Origin: Candidatus Sericytochromatia bacterium
GTDB taxonomy: Bacteria; Cyanobacteriota; Sericytochromatia; S15B-MN24; UBA4093
Direction: 5' to 3'
DNA length: 32,000 bases
Assembly (NCBI GenBank): GCA_036676455.1
Contig: JAKFCW010000040.1
Location: 6,066-38,065, forward strand
The notes under the pieces: model-generated
What the model was told of the DNA's origin: nothing
Seen by the model: only the letters and a program-made list of their open reading frames with translations
Databases searched by the model: none
Made by a program: the position numbers and the translations under genes
Shown: positions 1 to 8,843 of the stretch, piece by piece
Position numbering within the stretch: the first letter of the stretch is position 1
Layout of the letters: every line of letters begins with the position of its first letter

Positions 1-130
1 GCGCCGGGATGGGGATGATCAGCATCAGCACCACCGCCACCATCATGACGGCGAGCACCATGTCGCTCTGCTTCAGCAGGCGGGTGAGGGCGGATTCGCT
101 GGGTCTTGCGGTACTGGTCGTGATGGCCAC
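1..130 (-). CDS. flhA: Flagellar biosynthesis protein FlhA, N-terminal fragment (continues beyond window start)
   Basis: Reverse complement from GTG at 130 reads VAITTSTARPSESALTRLLKQSDMVLAVMMVAVVLMLIIPIPA, typical of the FlhA N-terminus; directly downstream of flhB. Confidence 0.8.
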   Translation of the reverse strand, partial: MAITTSTARPSESALTRLLKQSDMVLAVMMVAVVLMLIIPIPA

Positions 131-133
131 GCG

Positions 134-1195
134 TTATGCTCCCCGCTTGCGATTGGCGCGTTGAACCGCGACCAGGATCTCCGCCACGGCCGCATAGAGC
201 TCGGGCGGAATCTCGTCTCCGACCTCGACTTGCTTATAGAGGGCCTGGGCGATGGGCTTGTTCTCGAACATGGGCACTCCGGCCTCCTGGGCGACCTCGC
301 GAATTCGCTTGGCTACGAGATCCGTACCCTTGGCGACCACCAACGGCACCTCCATGGTGTCGCGCTCGTAGCGGACCGCCACGGCGAAGTGGGTCGGGTT
401 GGTGATGACCACCGAGGCCTTGGGAACCTCGCTCATCATGCGCTGCTGCGCCATCTTGCGCTGGCGTCGCTTGATCTCGCCCTTGATCTCGGGGTTTCCG
501 TCCTGCTGCTTGGCCTCGTCCTTGACCTCCTGCTTGGTCATCTTGAGGTTCTTCTCCCACTCGTAGCGCTGGTAGGCGTAATCCACCAGGCCGAGGACGA
601 CCAGGGCGATCATGACGCGCCAGGCGATGCTCCACGCCGTGGTGCCGATCAGCGTGCCAAGCCCCAGCAGGCCCGTGCCGTAGGCCGTGGCCAGCTCGAT
701 GTAGCGATCGCTGATCACCGCGTAGCAGATCCACCCGATCAAGGCGATCTTGGCGATGCCCTTGATGGCCTCGATGGTCGAGCGCAGCGAGAAGAGGCGC
801 TTGAGGCCGTTGACGGGGTTCAGCTTCTCCAGCTTGGGCTTGATCGCCTCGAAGGTCAGGAGGTTTCCCACCTGGACGTAGTTGACGACGACCCCGACCA
901 CGAGCAAGGCCAGCAGGATCGGAGCGAGCACCAGGCCCACCGCCTGCATGATCTGGCTGGCGAGGTGCATGAGGTAATCGACGGTGAGGTCCTGATCGGG
1001 GAAGTGTCCCAGCCGCTCGGCCATCAGGTTGCGCAGGACCTCGGCGAGGGGTGGCCAGGAGAAATAGAGCATCACGCTCGCGGTCAGCAGCACCGCGGCG
1101 TTGTTGACGTCCTGGCTCTTCGCGACGTTGCCCTTCTTGCGGGCATCCGAGATGCGCTTGCCTGTAGGTTTCTCGGTTTTCGAGGGATCCGCCAC
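134..1195 (-). CDS. flhB: Flagellar export switch protein FlhB
   Basis: 353 aa; multi-TM N-terminus, cytoplasmic domain with the NPTH autocleavage motif (VVITNPTHFAVAVRY). Confidence 0.97.
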   Translation of the reverse strand: MADPSKTEKPTGKRISDARKKGNVAKSQDVNNAAVLLTASVMLYFSWPPLAEVLRNLMAERLGHFPDQDLTVDYLMHLASQIMQAVGLVLAPILLALLVVGVVVNYVQVGNLLTFEAIKPKLEKLNPVNGLKRLFSLRSTIEAIKGIAKIALIGWICYAVISDRYIELATAYGTGLLGLGTLIGTTAWSIAWRVMIALVVLGLVDYAYQRYEWEKNLKMTKQEVKDEAKQQDGNPEIKGEIKRRQRKMAQQRMMSEVPKASVVITNPTHFAVAVRYERDTMEVPLVVAKGTDLVAKRIREVAQEAGVPMFENKPIAQALYKQVEVGDEIPPELYAAVAEILVAVQRANRKRGA

Positions 1196-1206
1196 CCCTT
1201 ACCTCC

Positions 1207-1986
1207 TCACCGGAACATCCCGACCAAACCGGGACCGAGCCGGTCAAAAACGAGCCTCATGTACCCTCCCAGGAGGGGAAGGGTGGCGGCGATGGTCACC
1301 AGCCCCAGGATGATCTTGATGGGGAAGCCCGCCACGAAGACGTTCATCTGGGGCATGATCCGGCTCATGATGGCCAGCGCGAGCTCGGCCAGCATCAGCA
1401 CGCCGATCACCGGCAGCATCAGGGTCAAAGCCACGTCGAAGATGCCGGTGGTCGCCAGTAGCACTTGCTCCATTATACCCCCCGTCAGCGCAAATCCGCC
1501 CAGGGGCACGGCTTGGAAGGACTTCCAGACGCCCAGCAGCAGCCAGTGATGGCCATCCATGGCGAGAAACGTGACGGTGGCCAGCTGCACGAACAACACC
1601 GCCAGCTCCGTGGTCTGGGTCCGCGTGTTGGGATCGAACATCATGCTCATGCCGAGGCCCATCTGCAGGGCGATCATGTGGCCCGCGAACTGGATCGCGT
1701 AGAAGGTGCAGTTCGCCACGAACCCCAGCAGGACCCCGATGGCGAGCTCGGCGGCCAGCGCGAACGTGAGGTCGAGAGGGCCTTCCATGGCGGGCACGGG
1801 CCAGTCGACGGCCGACGGGTAGACCAGGGCGGCCAGCAGGACGGCGAGGCCCACCCGGAAGCGAACCGGGACCACCGCGTTGCCAAAGATGGGCGCGATC
1901 ATGAAGATGCCCGAGAAGCGCGCGAGCACCAGCAAGAAGAGCTCGAGCCCGTGAGGGGAAAGGCGTAGGAGTGCTGCGAGGTCCAT
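1207..1986 (-). CDS. fliR: Flagellar export gate protein FliR
   Basis: 259 aa hydrophobic protein of FliR/SctT type, between fliQ and flhB. Confidence 0.94.
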   Translation of the reverse strand: MDLAALLRLSPHGLELFLLVLARFSGIFMIAPIFGNAVVPVRFRVGLAVLLAALVYPSAVDWPVPAMEGPLDLTFALAAELAIGVLLGFVANCTFYAIQFAGHMIALQMGLGMSMMFDPNTRTQTTELAVLFVQLATVTFLAMDGHHWLLLGVWKSFQAVPLGGFALTGGIMEQVLLATTGIFDVALTLMLPVIGVLMLAELALAIMSRIMPQMNVFVAGFPIKIILGLVTIAATLPLLGGYMRLVFDRLGPGLVGMFR

Positions 1987-1998
1987 GCCAGCCCCCGC

Positions 1999-2268
1999 CT
2001 AGTGTGCGAAGCGGGGCAGTTCGATCAGGATCGCCCGCATGAAGTCGAGCATGGTGCCCATCATCCAGGGGCCCAGCAAGAAGAGGACCAGTCCGGTGGC
2101 CACGATCTTGGGGATGAAGGTCAGCGTGGCCTCGTTGATCTGGGTCACCGCCTGGAAGATCGAGATCAGCAAGCCCACCAGGAGGCTCACCCCCAGCGCG
2201 GGCGCGGCGATGATGGCCATCAGGCCGAGGGAACGCTGGGCGAGTTCGAAGAAGACGGTCTCGTTCAT
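1999..2268 (-). CDS. fliQ: Flagellar export gate protein FliQ
   Basis: 89 aa with two TM segments; VGLLISIFQAVTQINEATLTFIPKI is a FliQ signature. Confidence 0.96.
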   Translation of the reverse strand: MNETVFFELAQRSLGLMAIIAAPALGVSLLVGLLISIFQAVTQINEATLTFIPKIVATGLVLFLLGPWMMGTMLDFMRAILIELPRFAH

Positions 2269-2269
2269 C

Positions 2270-2998
2270 TTACTGGAAGCTCGTGACCAAGGCGCGGCTC
2301 AAGAGATGCCACCCGTCGACCAGGACGAAGAGGATCAGCTTGAACGGCAGCGAGATCATGACCGGCGGCAGCATCATCATGCCCATCGACATCAGGATGC
2401 TCGCGACCACCATGTCGATCACCAGGAAGGGCAGGTAGATGACGAAGCCGATCTGGAAGGCCGTCTTGAGCTCCGAGATGATGAAGGCCGGGATCAGGAC
2501 GTGGGTCGGGATGTCGTCGGGCCGGCGGGGGCGCTCCATCTTGGCCATCGAGACGAACAAGGCGAGATCCTTCTGCCTCGTCTGCTTGAACATGAACTTG
2601 CGCAAGGGTTGCTGCGCCCGGTCCAGCGCCACCTGCTGGGTGATGGCGCCCTGGGAGTAAGGCTGCAGGGCCGTCGTGTTGATCTCCCCTGCCACCGGGG
2701 CCATCACGAAGAAGGTCAGGAACAAGGCAAGCCCCACGACCACCTGGTTGGGGGGCATCATCTGGGTACCGATGGCCTGGCGGGTGAAAGAGAGCACGAT
2801 GACGATGCGGGTGAAGCTCGTCATGAGCATCAGGATGGCCGGCGCCAGGGTGAGGACCGTGAGCAGGGCGAGGATCTGCAGCGAGGCCGCCACGTCCTGG
2901 GGCTGGTCCGTCAGGGGAATCTGGGGGACCTGGAACTGGGCGTGGGCCGCGCCGGCGTTGATGACGAGGAGGGCGATCGCCCAAAGAACCAGCCTCAA
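2270..2998 (-). CDS. fliP: Flagellar export gate protein FliP
   Basis: 242 aa, signal peptide, SFTRIVIVLSFTRQAIGTQ, FQIGFVIYLPFLVIDMVVASILMSMGMMMLPP. Confidence 0.97.
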   Translation of the reverse strand: MRLVLWAIALLVINAGAAHAQFQVPQIPLTDQPQDVAASLQILALLTVLTLAPAILMLMTSFTRIVIVLSFTRQAIGTQMMPPNQVVVGLALFLTFFVMAPVAGEINTTALQPYSQGAITQQVALDRAQQPLRKFMFKQTRQKDLALFVSMAKMERPRRPDDIPTHVLIPAFIISELKTAFQIGFVIYLPFLVIDMVVASILMSMGMMMLPPVMISLPFKLILFVLVDGWHLLSRALVTSFQ

Positions 2999-3564
2999 GA
3001 GCGGCCTCCGTTCTTCCGGATCATCACCTGGCGCAGCGTGGCGTCCACCAGCGCATCGAAGCCCTCGTGGGTCTCACCCGAGGTCTCGGCCTGGGCCAGG
3101 TGCGCCTCGAAGGCTTCCTTGCCCTGCTCGGGAGAGAGCTCTCCCAGCGGCACGAGCATGTCCTTGCCGTTGGAGCCGACCACCCAGACGCGATCCCCGA
3201 CGGAGACCAGGTGCACGGTCTGGGCGCCGCGCAGATGCGCCGAGCCCAGGGCGCGAACCCGAAGGCCGGTGGCGGGCCCCGCACCGGCCGAGCCGGCGAG
3301 GTTGGGACCGCCCATGCGCTTGTAGACCCAGAAGACGCCGTAGATGAGGCCGATGACGCCCGCGAACTTCACCAGGAAGCCCACGGCGTTCCCGGCCGAA
3401 GACGGGCGCTCCGTGGCGGGATCCTGGTACTCCGGCAGGAAGAAGGTATCGCCGGTCGCGGCGGTCGAGGCTTCGGGAACCGAGGGTTCGGTTTGGGCTT
3501 GGGCGACGCCGGGGAAAGCCCCGAGCGTGAAGAGCAACGCGAGGAGCAGGAAGCTCCTGCGCAC
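2995..3564 (-). CDS. fliO: Flagellar protein FliO
   Basis: ORF extends to 3816 but overlaps cheY; GTG at 3564 gives VRRSFLLLALLFTLGAFPGVAQAQ signal peptide, then a TM and basic FliO-type domain. Overlaps fliP by 4 nt. Confidence 0.82.
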   Translation of the reverse strand: MRRSFLLLALLFTLGAFPGVAQAQTEPSVPEASTAATGDTFFLPEYQDPATERPSSAGNAVGFLVKFAGVIGLIYGVFWVYKRMGGPNLAGSAGAGPATGLRVRALGSAHLRGAQTVHLVSVGDRVWVVGSNGKDMLVPLGELSPEQGKEAFEAHLAQAETSGETHEGFDALVDATLRQVMIRKNGGRS

Positions 3565-3565
3565 G

Positions 3566-3928
3566 CTACTTGAGAGCCTTGTGAACCGCGTCGATGACGC
3601 GCTCCGCATCGAAAGGCTTGACGATGAAATCCTTGGCACCCGACTGAATGGCCTCCAGCACCATGGCCTGCTGGCCCATTGCCGAGCAGACGATGATCCG
3701 AGCGTCCGGATCGAACTCCCGAATCTTCTTGATGGCCGTGATGCCGTCCATGTCCGGCATCGTAATGTCCATCGTGACGAGGTTGACCTTGATCTTCTTG
3801 TAGAGGTCAACGGCATCCGCGCCGTTGGCCGCCTCGGCCACCACCGAGAATCCGTTCTGAGTGAGGATATCCTTCAACATGAGGCGCATGAAGGCCGCAT
3901 CGTCGACCACCAGGATGTTCTTGGTCAA
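3566..3928 (-). CDS. cheY: CheY-like single-domain response regulator
   Basis: 120 aa receiver domain: VDD, DITMPDMDG phospho-acceptor region, SAM, KPF lysine; same position as cheY in the Bacillus fla/che operon. Confidence 0.92.
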   Translation of the reverse strand: MTKNILVVDDAAFMRLMLKDILTQNGFSVVAEAANGADAVDLYKKIKVNLVTMDITMPDMDGITAIKKIREFDPDARIIVCSAMGQQAMVLEAIQSGAKDFIVKPFDAERVIDAVHKALK

Positions 3929-3940
3929 GGGTTCCTCTCT

Positions 3941-5071
3941 TTAGGCACGGAACGAGCTGAAACGCTCGGCTGGGCTAACGATATCCGTCACCCGGACGCC
4001 GAAGTTCTCGTCAATGACGACGACTTCGCCCCGGGCAATCAACTTTCCGTTGACGAGCAAGTCTACTGGCTCGCCCGCAAGTTTGTCAAGCTCAACCACA
4101 GAGCCCTTTCCGAGCTCCAGGACGTCGCGGATCTGCATCCGCGTGCGGCCCAGCTCGACGGTCACCCGCAGGGGAACGTCCAGAATGAGGTCCAGGCCGC
4201 TCTGAGCAGCCGGAGGGGCGCTCGGCGCCAGGGGCGCGAACTGCACGGTCTGAGCAGCGGGCTGCGGCGCCGTCGTCTTGACCGGAGCCGGAGGGGGCAC
4301 AGCGGCCGCAGGAGCGGCTACCGGGGCAGCAGGCACGGGAGCCGGAGCCACGGGAGCTGGAGCCTGCGCGACCGGCTGAGGCGCCGCGGTGGTGCTCTGA
4401 GGCTGGTTGGCAGCAGGCGCCGGGGGCGCCGGCTGGACCTTCTTCTCCGCCTGCTGCGGAGGCTCGCTGCCGCCTCCTAGGATCTGGGCGGCGAGGGTTT
4501 CCGCCCCCGTGCCCGAGAAGATCTGGAGCAGGTAAGAGTCGACCAGGCCCTCGATGGCGAGGCGGTAGGTGAGCGCCACGGCCACCCCGTCCTCGAAGGA
4601 TTCCGCGAGGCTGAGGTCGTCCGGATGATCCACGACCTGCGCCTGCGGAGGCGAGATCTCGAACTTCTTGCCGTAGGTCGTGCTCATGGCGTTGGCCGCC
4701 ATGCCCATCATCTGGTTGATGGCCTCGGAGATGGCCGAGAGCTGGAGATCGTCGATGACGGCGGACGGGGGCTGCCCCTCGCCTCCCATCATCAGGTCGG
4801 TGATGATGGCGGTATCGCTCTGGGTCAGGATGAAGAGGAGCTCGAAGCCCGCGCCGAAGCGACAAGGGACCTCGATGGCCACCGCCGGGTCCTTGAGGAC
4901 TCCGCCTAGCTCCGACACGGAGAGGACAGCCACCTCGGGCTGGGTGATGGTCACCTGCTTGTTCAGCAGGATGGACAGGGTCGAGGCCCCGGCCGTCAGT
5001 GCAACCGACCCGCTTTCGACGAGGGCTTGCCCCATCTCAGGGGGCAAAGCGCCACCCGGCTCGATCATCAT
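3941..5071 (-). CDS. fliY: Flagellar motor switch protein of FliY/FliN type (CheC-like domain, Ala/Pro-rich linker, C-terminal SpoA domain)
   Basis: 376 aa; CheC-like SAISEAINQMMGMAANAM...P; long PAP/QP linker; C-terminus LDVPLRVTVELGRTRMQIRDVLELGKGSVVELDKLAGEPVDLLVNGKLIARGEVVVIDENFGVRVTDI is FliN. Confidence 0.93.
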   Translation of the reverse strand: MMIEPGGALPPEMGQALVESGSVALTAGASTLSILLNKQVTITQPEVAVLSVSELGGVLKDPAVAIEVPCRFGAGFELLFILTQSDTAIITDLMMGGEGQPPSAVIDDLQLSAISEAINQMMGMAANAMSTTYGKKFEISPPQAQVVDHPDDLSLAESFEDGVAVALTYRLAIEGLVDSYLLQIFSGTGAETLAAQILGGGSEPPQQAEKKVQPAPPAPAANQPQSTTAAPQPVAQAPAPVAPAPVPAAPVAAPAAAVPPPAPVKTTAPQPAAQTVQFAPLAPSAPPAAQSGLDLILDVPLRVTVELGRTRMQIRDVLELGKGSVVELDKLAGEPVDLLVNGKLIARGEVVVIDENFGVRVTDIVSPAERFSSFRA

Positions 5072-6096
5072 TCCTCCCCTTCCTTGTCATCCAGGACTTC
5101 GCTGATTTGGATGGCTAGTTTGTTTCTTACCGTGCCCGGCCGCCCCGTGAACTTGCGGCGCTCGCCGACCAGCACGGCGAGATCCTCGCCCACTGCGGCG
5201 TCTAGGGTGAGCACATCCCCGACACTCAAGGATAGCACGTCCTCCACGGAGACGACGCTCTCTCCCAGAACCACCTGAACAGGAACCTGGGTGGCGACCA
5301 CCCGGTCCTTGAGACCCATCCGATGGGACTCGCTCTGCGACTGCCGGGCCGTGGCGAACATCGCCTGGGCCGAGATCTTGCCCATGATGGGCTCGAGCAT
5401 GATGTACGGGATGCACAGGGACAGCGGCCCCGTGTTCTCGCCAAACTTCGCCTCGAACGTGATCAGCACGATCGGATCGCTCGGCGGCACGATCTGGATG
5501 AACCGCGGGTTCATCTCCAGGGTCTCGAGCTTGGGCGAGAAGTTGATGACGTTCTGCCAGGCCTCGGACAGGGCCCCCAGGATCCGCAAGGTGACGCTGG
5601 AGATGAGGGTCCGCTCGATGTCCGTGAGGTCGCGGCGAATCCGGGTCACGCGCCCGGGGCCGCCTAGCATGCGGTCGATGATGGCCGAGGTCAGGTCGAT
5701 GTTCACCTCGAAAAGCGCGGTCCCGACCAGGGGCTCCATCGAGAAGACGTTGAGGATGGTCGGCGAAGGCAGCGAGCGCGAGTACTCGTCGAAGGTCAGC
5801 TGTTCGACCGAGACCACCTCGACCTGCACCAGCATCCGGAGCTGGCCCGACAGGGTGGTGCTCAGGATCCGGGCGAAGGCCTCGTGGATCATCGACAGCG
5901 TGCGGATGTGATCCTTCGAGAACTTGTTCTGACGCTTGAAGTCATAGACCTTGATCGTCCGCTTGACGCCCTCTTCCTCGGCCATCGTCGACAGGGGAGA
6001 GGCGCCCCCGGCGGACGGCTTATCAGGGGCCAGCTCACCGCTCGAGAGAGCGGCGAGCAACAAATCGATTTCGGATTGTGAGAGGATCTCGGCCAA
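5068..6096 (-). CDS. fliM: Flagellar motor switch protein FliM
   Basis: 342 aa; N-terminal LSQSEIDLLL; FSKDHIRTLSMIHEAFARILSTTLS; conserved synteny. Confidence 0.97.
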   Translation of the reverse strand: MAEILSQSEIDLLLAALSSGELAPDKPSAGGASPLSTMAEEEGVKRTIKVYDFKRQNKFSKDHIRTLSMIHEAFARILSTTLSGQLRMLVQVEVVSVEQLTFDEYSRSLPSPTILNVFSMEPLVGTALFEVNIDLTSAIIDRMLGGPGRVTRIRRDLTDIERTLISSVTLRILGALSEAWQNVINFSPKLETLEMNPRFIQIVPPSDPIVLITFEAKFGENTGPLSLCIPYIMLEPIMGKISAQAMFATARQSQSESHRMGLKDRVVATQVPVQVVLGESVVSVEDVLSLSVGDVLTLDAAVGEDLAVLVGERRKFTGRPGTVRNKLAIQISEVLDDKEGEE

Positions 6097-6139
6097 CGGC
6101 CACCTCGCTTACTGGCTATAGACGATGACGATAAGACGC

Positions 6140-6688
6140 TTACTGGATGACGAAGTCGGTGAAGTAGACGTCCATCACGGTCTTGCCGGGAACGCGCTGG
6201 TTGAGGACCGTCTTCAGCTCTTCCTTGAGCGAGGTGCGACCGCCGGGGGCGTTGATCGCGGAAACCGTCTGACGCGCCAGGGTCGTGATGATCGCATCCT
6301 TGTAGAGGGGCTCGTAGGGGGCCATCTCCGCCTTGACCGCGGCGGTGGCATCCTCGCCACCCCCGTGGCCGCCGCCCTTCTCGTCCTTCTTGTGGTCGCC
6401 CTCGGGCGACGCCATCTGCAGGACGACGGTGGTCTTCAGGTAACGACGGCCCGGATCGGAGAGGTTGACGATGAACTCGCCCACCGGATAGACCGGCCCC
6501 GGTGCGGGTTCGTGCTTCTCGGCAGCCTTGCCCTCGACCTCCTGGATGTGCTTCTCCACGATGATCTGCTGCGGCATTGCGAGGCGGATCGCGACGAACG
6601 AGCTGACGCCCGAGATCACGGCGATGACGACCGCCAAGACGATCAGCTTGACGTTCAGGCCGTTTCCGCCAGGTTGATTATTGGCCAT
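6140..6688 (-). CDS. fliL: Flagellar basal body-associated protein FliL
   Basis: 182 aa, single N-terminal TM, FIVNLSDPGRRYLKTTVVLQM, C-terminal VYFTDFVIQ. Confidence 0.93.
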   Translation of the reverse strand: MANNQPGGNGLNVKLIVLAVVIAVISGVSSFVAIRLAMPQQIIVEKHIQEVEGKAAEKHEPAPGPVYPVGEFIVNLSDPGRRYLKTTVVLQMASPEGDHKKDEKGGGHGGGEDATAAVKAEMAPYEPLYKDAIITTLARQTVSAINAPGGRTSLKEELKTVLNQRVPGKTVMDVYFTDFVIQ

Positions 6689-7484
6689 GGGATGAGGGTG
6701 CCTCCTGATGCGTCGAAGCCTTCGCGCCCTTCGGCTCCTGGTCGGTCAAGGCCGAGCGCAGGACCACGAGGTCGACTCTGCGATTGAGAGCGCGATTGGC
6801 TTCGGTGGTGTTTCGAACCCGTGGGTAGTATTCCCCGTACCCCGCCGCCGATAACCGCGTCGGCGGGAAATCATGGCGCTCCACCATGAACCGGACCAGC
6901 GTCGTGGCGCGCACCGCCGACAGCTCCCAGTTCGATGGAAAGCGCGAGGTGCGGATCGGAATGTCATCGGTATGACCCTCGATCCTCACGTAATGCGGAT
7001 CGGCCTTGAGCACGCGAACCACCCGATCCATGAGCGGCATGATCTCCGGCCGCAACTCGGCTTCGCCCTTCGCGAAGAAGGTCTTGTCGGAGATCGCGAC
7101 CACCAGCCCCCGCTGCTCCATGCGAGTCGTGATCTCGCGATCCAGCCCCGCTTCCTTCGCCAGCGCGTCGATCTGCTGCTCCAGCTTGGTAAGCGCGAGC
7201 TGCTCCGCCTGCATGAAGGGCATGGGCACGACCGTGTCGTTCTCGCCGCCATCCCCGATGATATGCTCGGTCTTTCCTGCCCCCTCGATCGGCACGTAGC
7301 GGATGGACGTCGACAGCGCCTTCTTCAGCTCCTCGTACTTCGCCTTGTCCACCTGCGACAGGGCATACATGATGATGAAGAAGACCAGTAGCAGCGTGAT
7401 GAGATCGGCATAGGTGACGAGCCACCGCTCCGACGAGCCGTGGCCTCCTCCCCCGTGACGTCCCCGCCGCCGCGACCCGGCCAT
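6678..7484 (-). CDS. motB: Flagellar motor stator protein MotB
   Basis: 268 aa; RWLVTYADLITLLLVFFIIMYALS with plug/TM aspartate and OmpA-like peptidoglycan-binding domain (IEGHTDDIP...NWELSAVRA...NRRVDLVVL). Confidence 0.96.
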   Translation of the reverse strand: MAGSRRRGRHGGGGHGSSERWLVTYADLITLLLVFFIIMYALSQVDKAKYEELKKALSTSIRYVPIEGAGKTEHIIGDGGENDTVVPMPFMQAEQLALTKLEQQIDALAKEAGLDREITTRMEQRGLVVAISDKTFFAKGEAELRPEIMPLMDRVVRVLKADPHYVRIEGHTDDIPIRTSRFPSNWELSAVRATTLVRFMVERHDFPPTRLSAAGYGEYYPRVRNTTEANRALNRRVDLVVLRSALTDQEPKGAKASTHQEAPSSHGQ

Positions 7485-7486
7485 GG

Positions 7487-8269
7487 CTAGCGAACCGCCT
7501 CTTCGACCTTCAGGCCGGCGCGGAGCTTGGGAGGCAGGAAGCCCTTGAGCTTGTCCTCCACGATCTGGGGGTTCTCACCCGCCTGGATGGAGAGGATGCC
7601 CGTGACCATCATCTCGCGGGCCAGGATCTCCTCCTCGCTGCGGCGCTTCAGCTTGGTGGCCAGCGGCAGCCACAGGAGGTTCGCGGTCCAGACCCCGTAG
7701 AGGGTGGCGACGAAGGCGACGGCGATCGCCGAACCCAGCTTCGCCGGCTCACCCAGGTTGCCCAGCACATGGATCAGGCCCATCACCGTTCCGATGATGC
7801 CCATGGTCGGCGCGTAGCCGCCCATCGCCTCCAGGATGCCGAAGGACGCCGCGTGCCGACTCGCGATGAAGGTCAGCTCCGTCTCCATCAGCTCCCGCAC
7901 CGTGTGGGGATCGATCCCGTCGGCCACCATCTGCAGCCCCTTGCGCAGGAACTCGTCGTCGGTGCCGGCCAGCTCGGTCTCCAGCGCGAGCAAGCCCTCA
8001 CGGCGGGCCTTGTCCGCATAGCCCGATAGCATGGGAATCAACGCCGCCGCGTCGTAGGGGCTCTTCTGGAACGTCAGCCCGATGACCCGGGGCAGGTTCT
8101 GCATGTCCTTCAGGGGAAAGGAGATGAAGGCCGCACCGATGGTGCCGCCCACCACGATCAGAAAGGCGGTGTACTGCCAGAGGCTCGAAAGATGTCCCCC
8201 GTCCAGCGTGTTGGCCAGGATCATGACCCCCCAGCCCAAGACCAGTCCGATGATGGTTGCCAGTTCCAT
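7487..8269 (-). CDS. motA: Flagellar motor stator protein MotA
   Basis: 260 aa; four-TM MotA pattern, GGYAPTMGIIGTVMGLIHVLGNL, AVAFVATLYGVWTANLLWLP. Confidence 0.97.
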   Translation of the reverse strand: MELATIIGLVLGWGVMILANTLDGGHLSSLWQYTAFLIVVGGTIGAAFISFPLKDMQNLPRVIGLTFQKSPYDAAALIPMLSGYADKARREGLLALETELAGTDDEFLRKGLQMVADGIDPHTVRELMETELTFIASRHAASFGILEAMGGYAPTMGIIGTVMGLIHVLGNLGEPAKLGSAIAVAFVATLYGVWTANLLWLPLATKLKRRSEEEILAREMMVTGILSIQAGENPQIVEDKLKGFLPPKLRAGLKVEEAVR

Positions 8270-8272
8270 GTG

Positions 8273-8491
8273 CTAGTCCTTCTCCCCGTCGACGGTCACC
8301 GAACGCACGCCCGGATGACAGCGCCGGCGGTAAGCCGCGATGCGCTCCAGCAGCTGGTCGATTGACTCCTTGACCACGAAGCGGTGCTCGTTGGTCAGGG
8401 TCACGATGGTGTCTGGCCGCTCCTCGATCGTCTCGATCAGATCGGCGTTGATCACCAGCTCCGTGCCGTTGAGGCGGGTCACCCTGATCAT
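8273..8491 (-). CDS. flbD: FlbD/SwrD-family flagellar protein
   Basis: 72 aa from ATG at 8491: MIRVTRLNGTELVINADLIETIEERPDTIVTLTNEHRFVVKESIDQLLERI. The longer ORF call (to 8746) overlaps the upstream gene and is probably not translated. Confidence 0.92.
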   Translation of the reverse strand: MIRVTRLNGTELVINADLIETIEERPDTIVTLTNEHRFVVKESIDQLLERIAAYRRRCHPGVRSVTVDGEKD

Positions 8492-8543
8492 GCGTTTCCC
8501 CCACTCCAGCCGCGTGCGCTCCCGTCGAGCCGCGTCACCTTGA

Positions 8544-8843
8544 TCACTTGATGCTCCCTCTCTTAGCCGCGGGGGCTTGCTGCTTGTCCACGCGCCGCAC
8601 CCAGACCAGCACCTCGGCCACCACCGGGTACAGCTCGGCGGGAATCTGCTCGCCGAGATCCAGGGCCGCCAGCGCGGAGACCAGGCTGGGATTCTCCTGG
8701 ACCGGTACCCCGGCCTCCTTGGCCGTCTCCACGATCCGCTCGGCAACCAGCCCGGATCCAGAAGCCACCACCGTCGGGGCGTCGTCGACCCCTTCTTCGT
8801 ACGATAGGGCCACCGCCTTCTTCGGCATCTGCGCGTCGCTCAT
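8544..8843 (-). CDS. FlhB C-terminal-domain-like protein (FhlB/YlqH type)
   Basis: 99 aa; KKAVALSYEEGVDDAPTVVASGSGLVAERIVETAKEAGVPVQENPSLVSALAALDLGEQIPAELYPVVAEVLVWVRRVD aligns with the FlhB tail in this window but lacks NPTH. Confidence 0.9.
   Translation of the reverse strand: MSDAQMPKKAVALSYEEGVDDAPTVVASGSGLVAERIVETAKEAGVPVQENPSLVSALAALDLGEQIPAELYPVVAEVLVWVRRVDKQQAPAAKRGSIK

Noticed and set aside
161-1549. 462-aa plus-strand ORF opposite flhB/fliR
   Set aside because: Antisense shadow of FlhB/FliR, His/Asp/Gly-rich with no domain.
8492-8746. 157-aa version of FlbD
   Set aside because: The extra N-terminus is an out-of-frame reading of the FhlB-like gene; the FlbD family starts at MIRVTRLNG.
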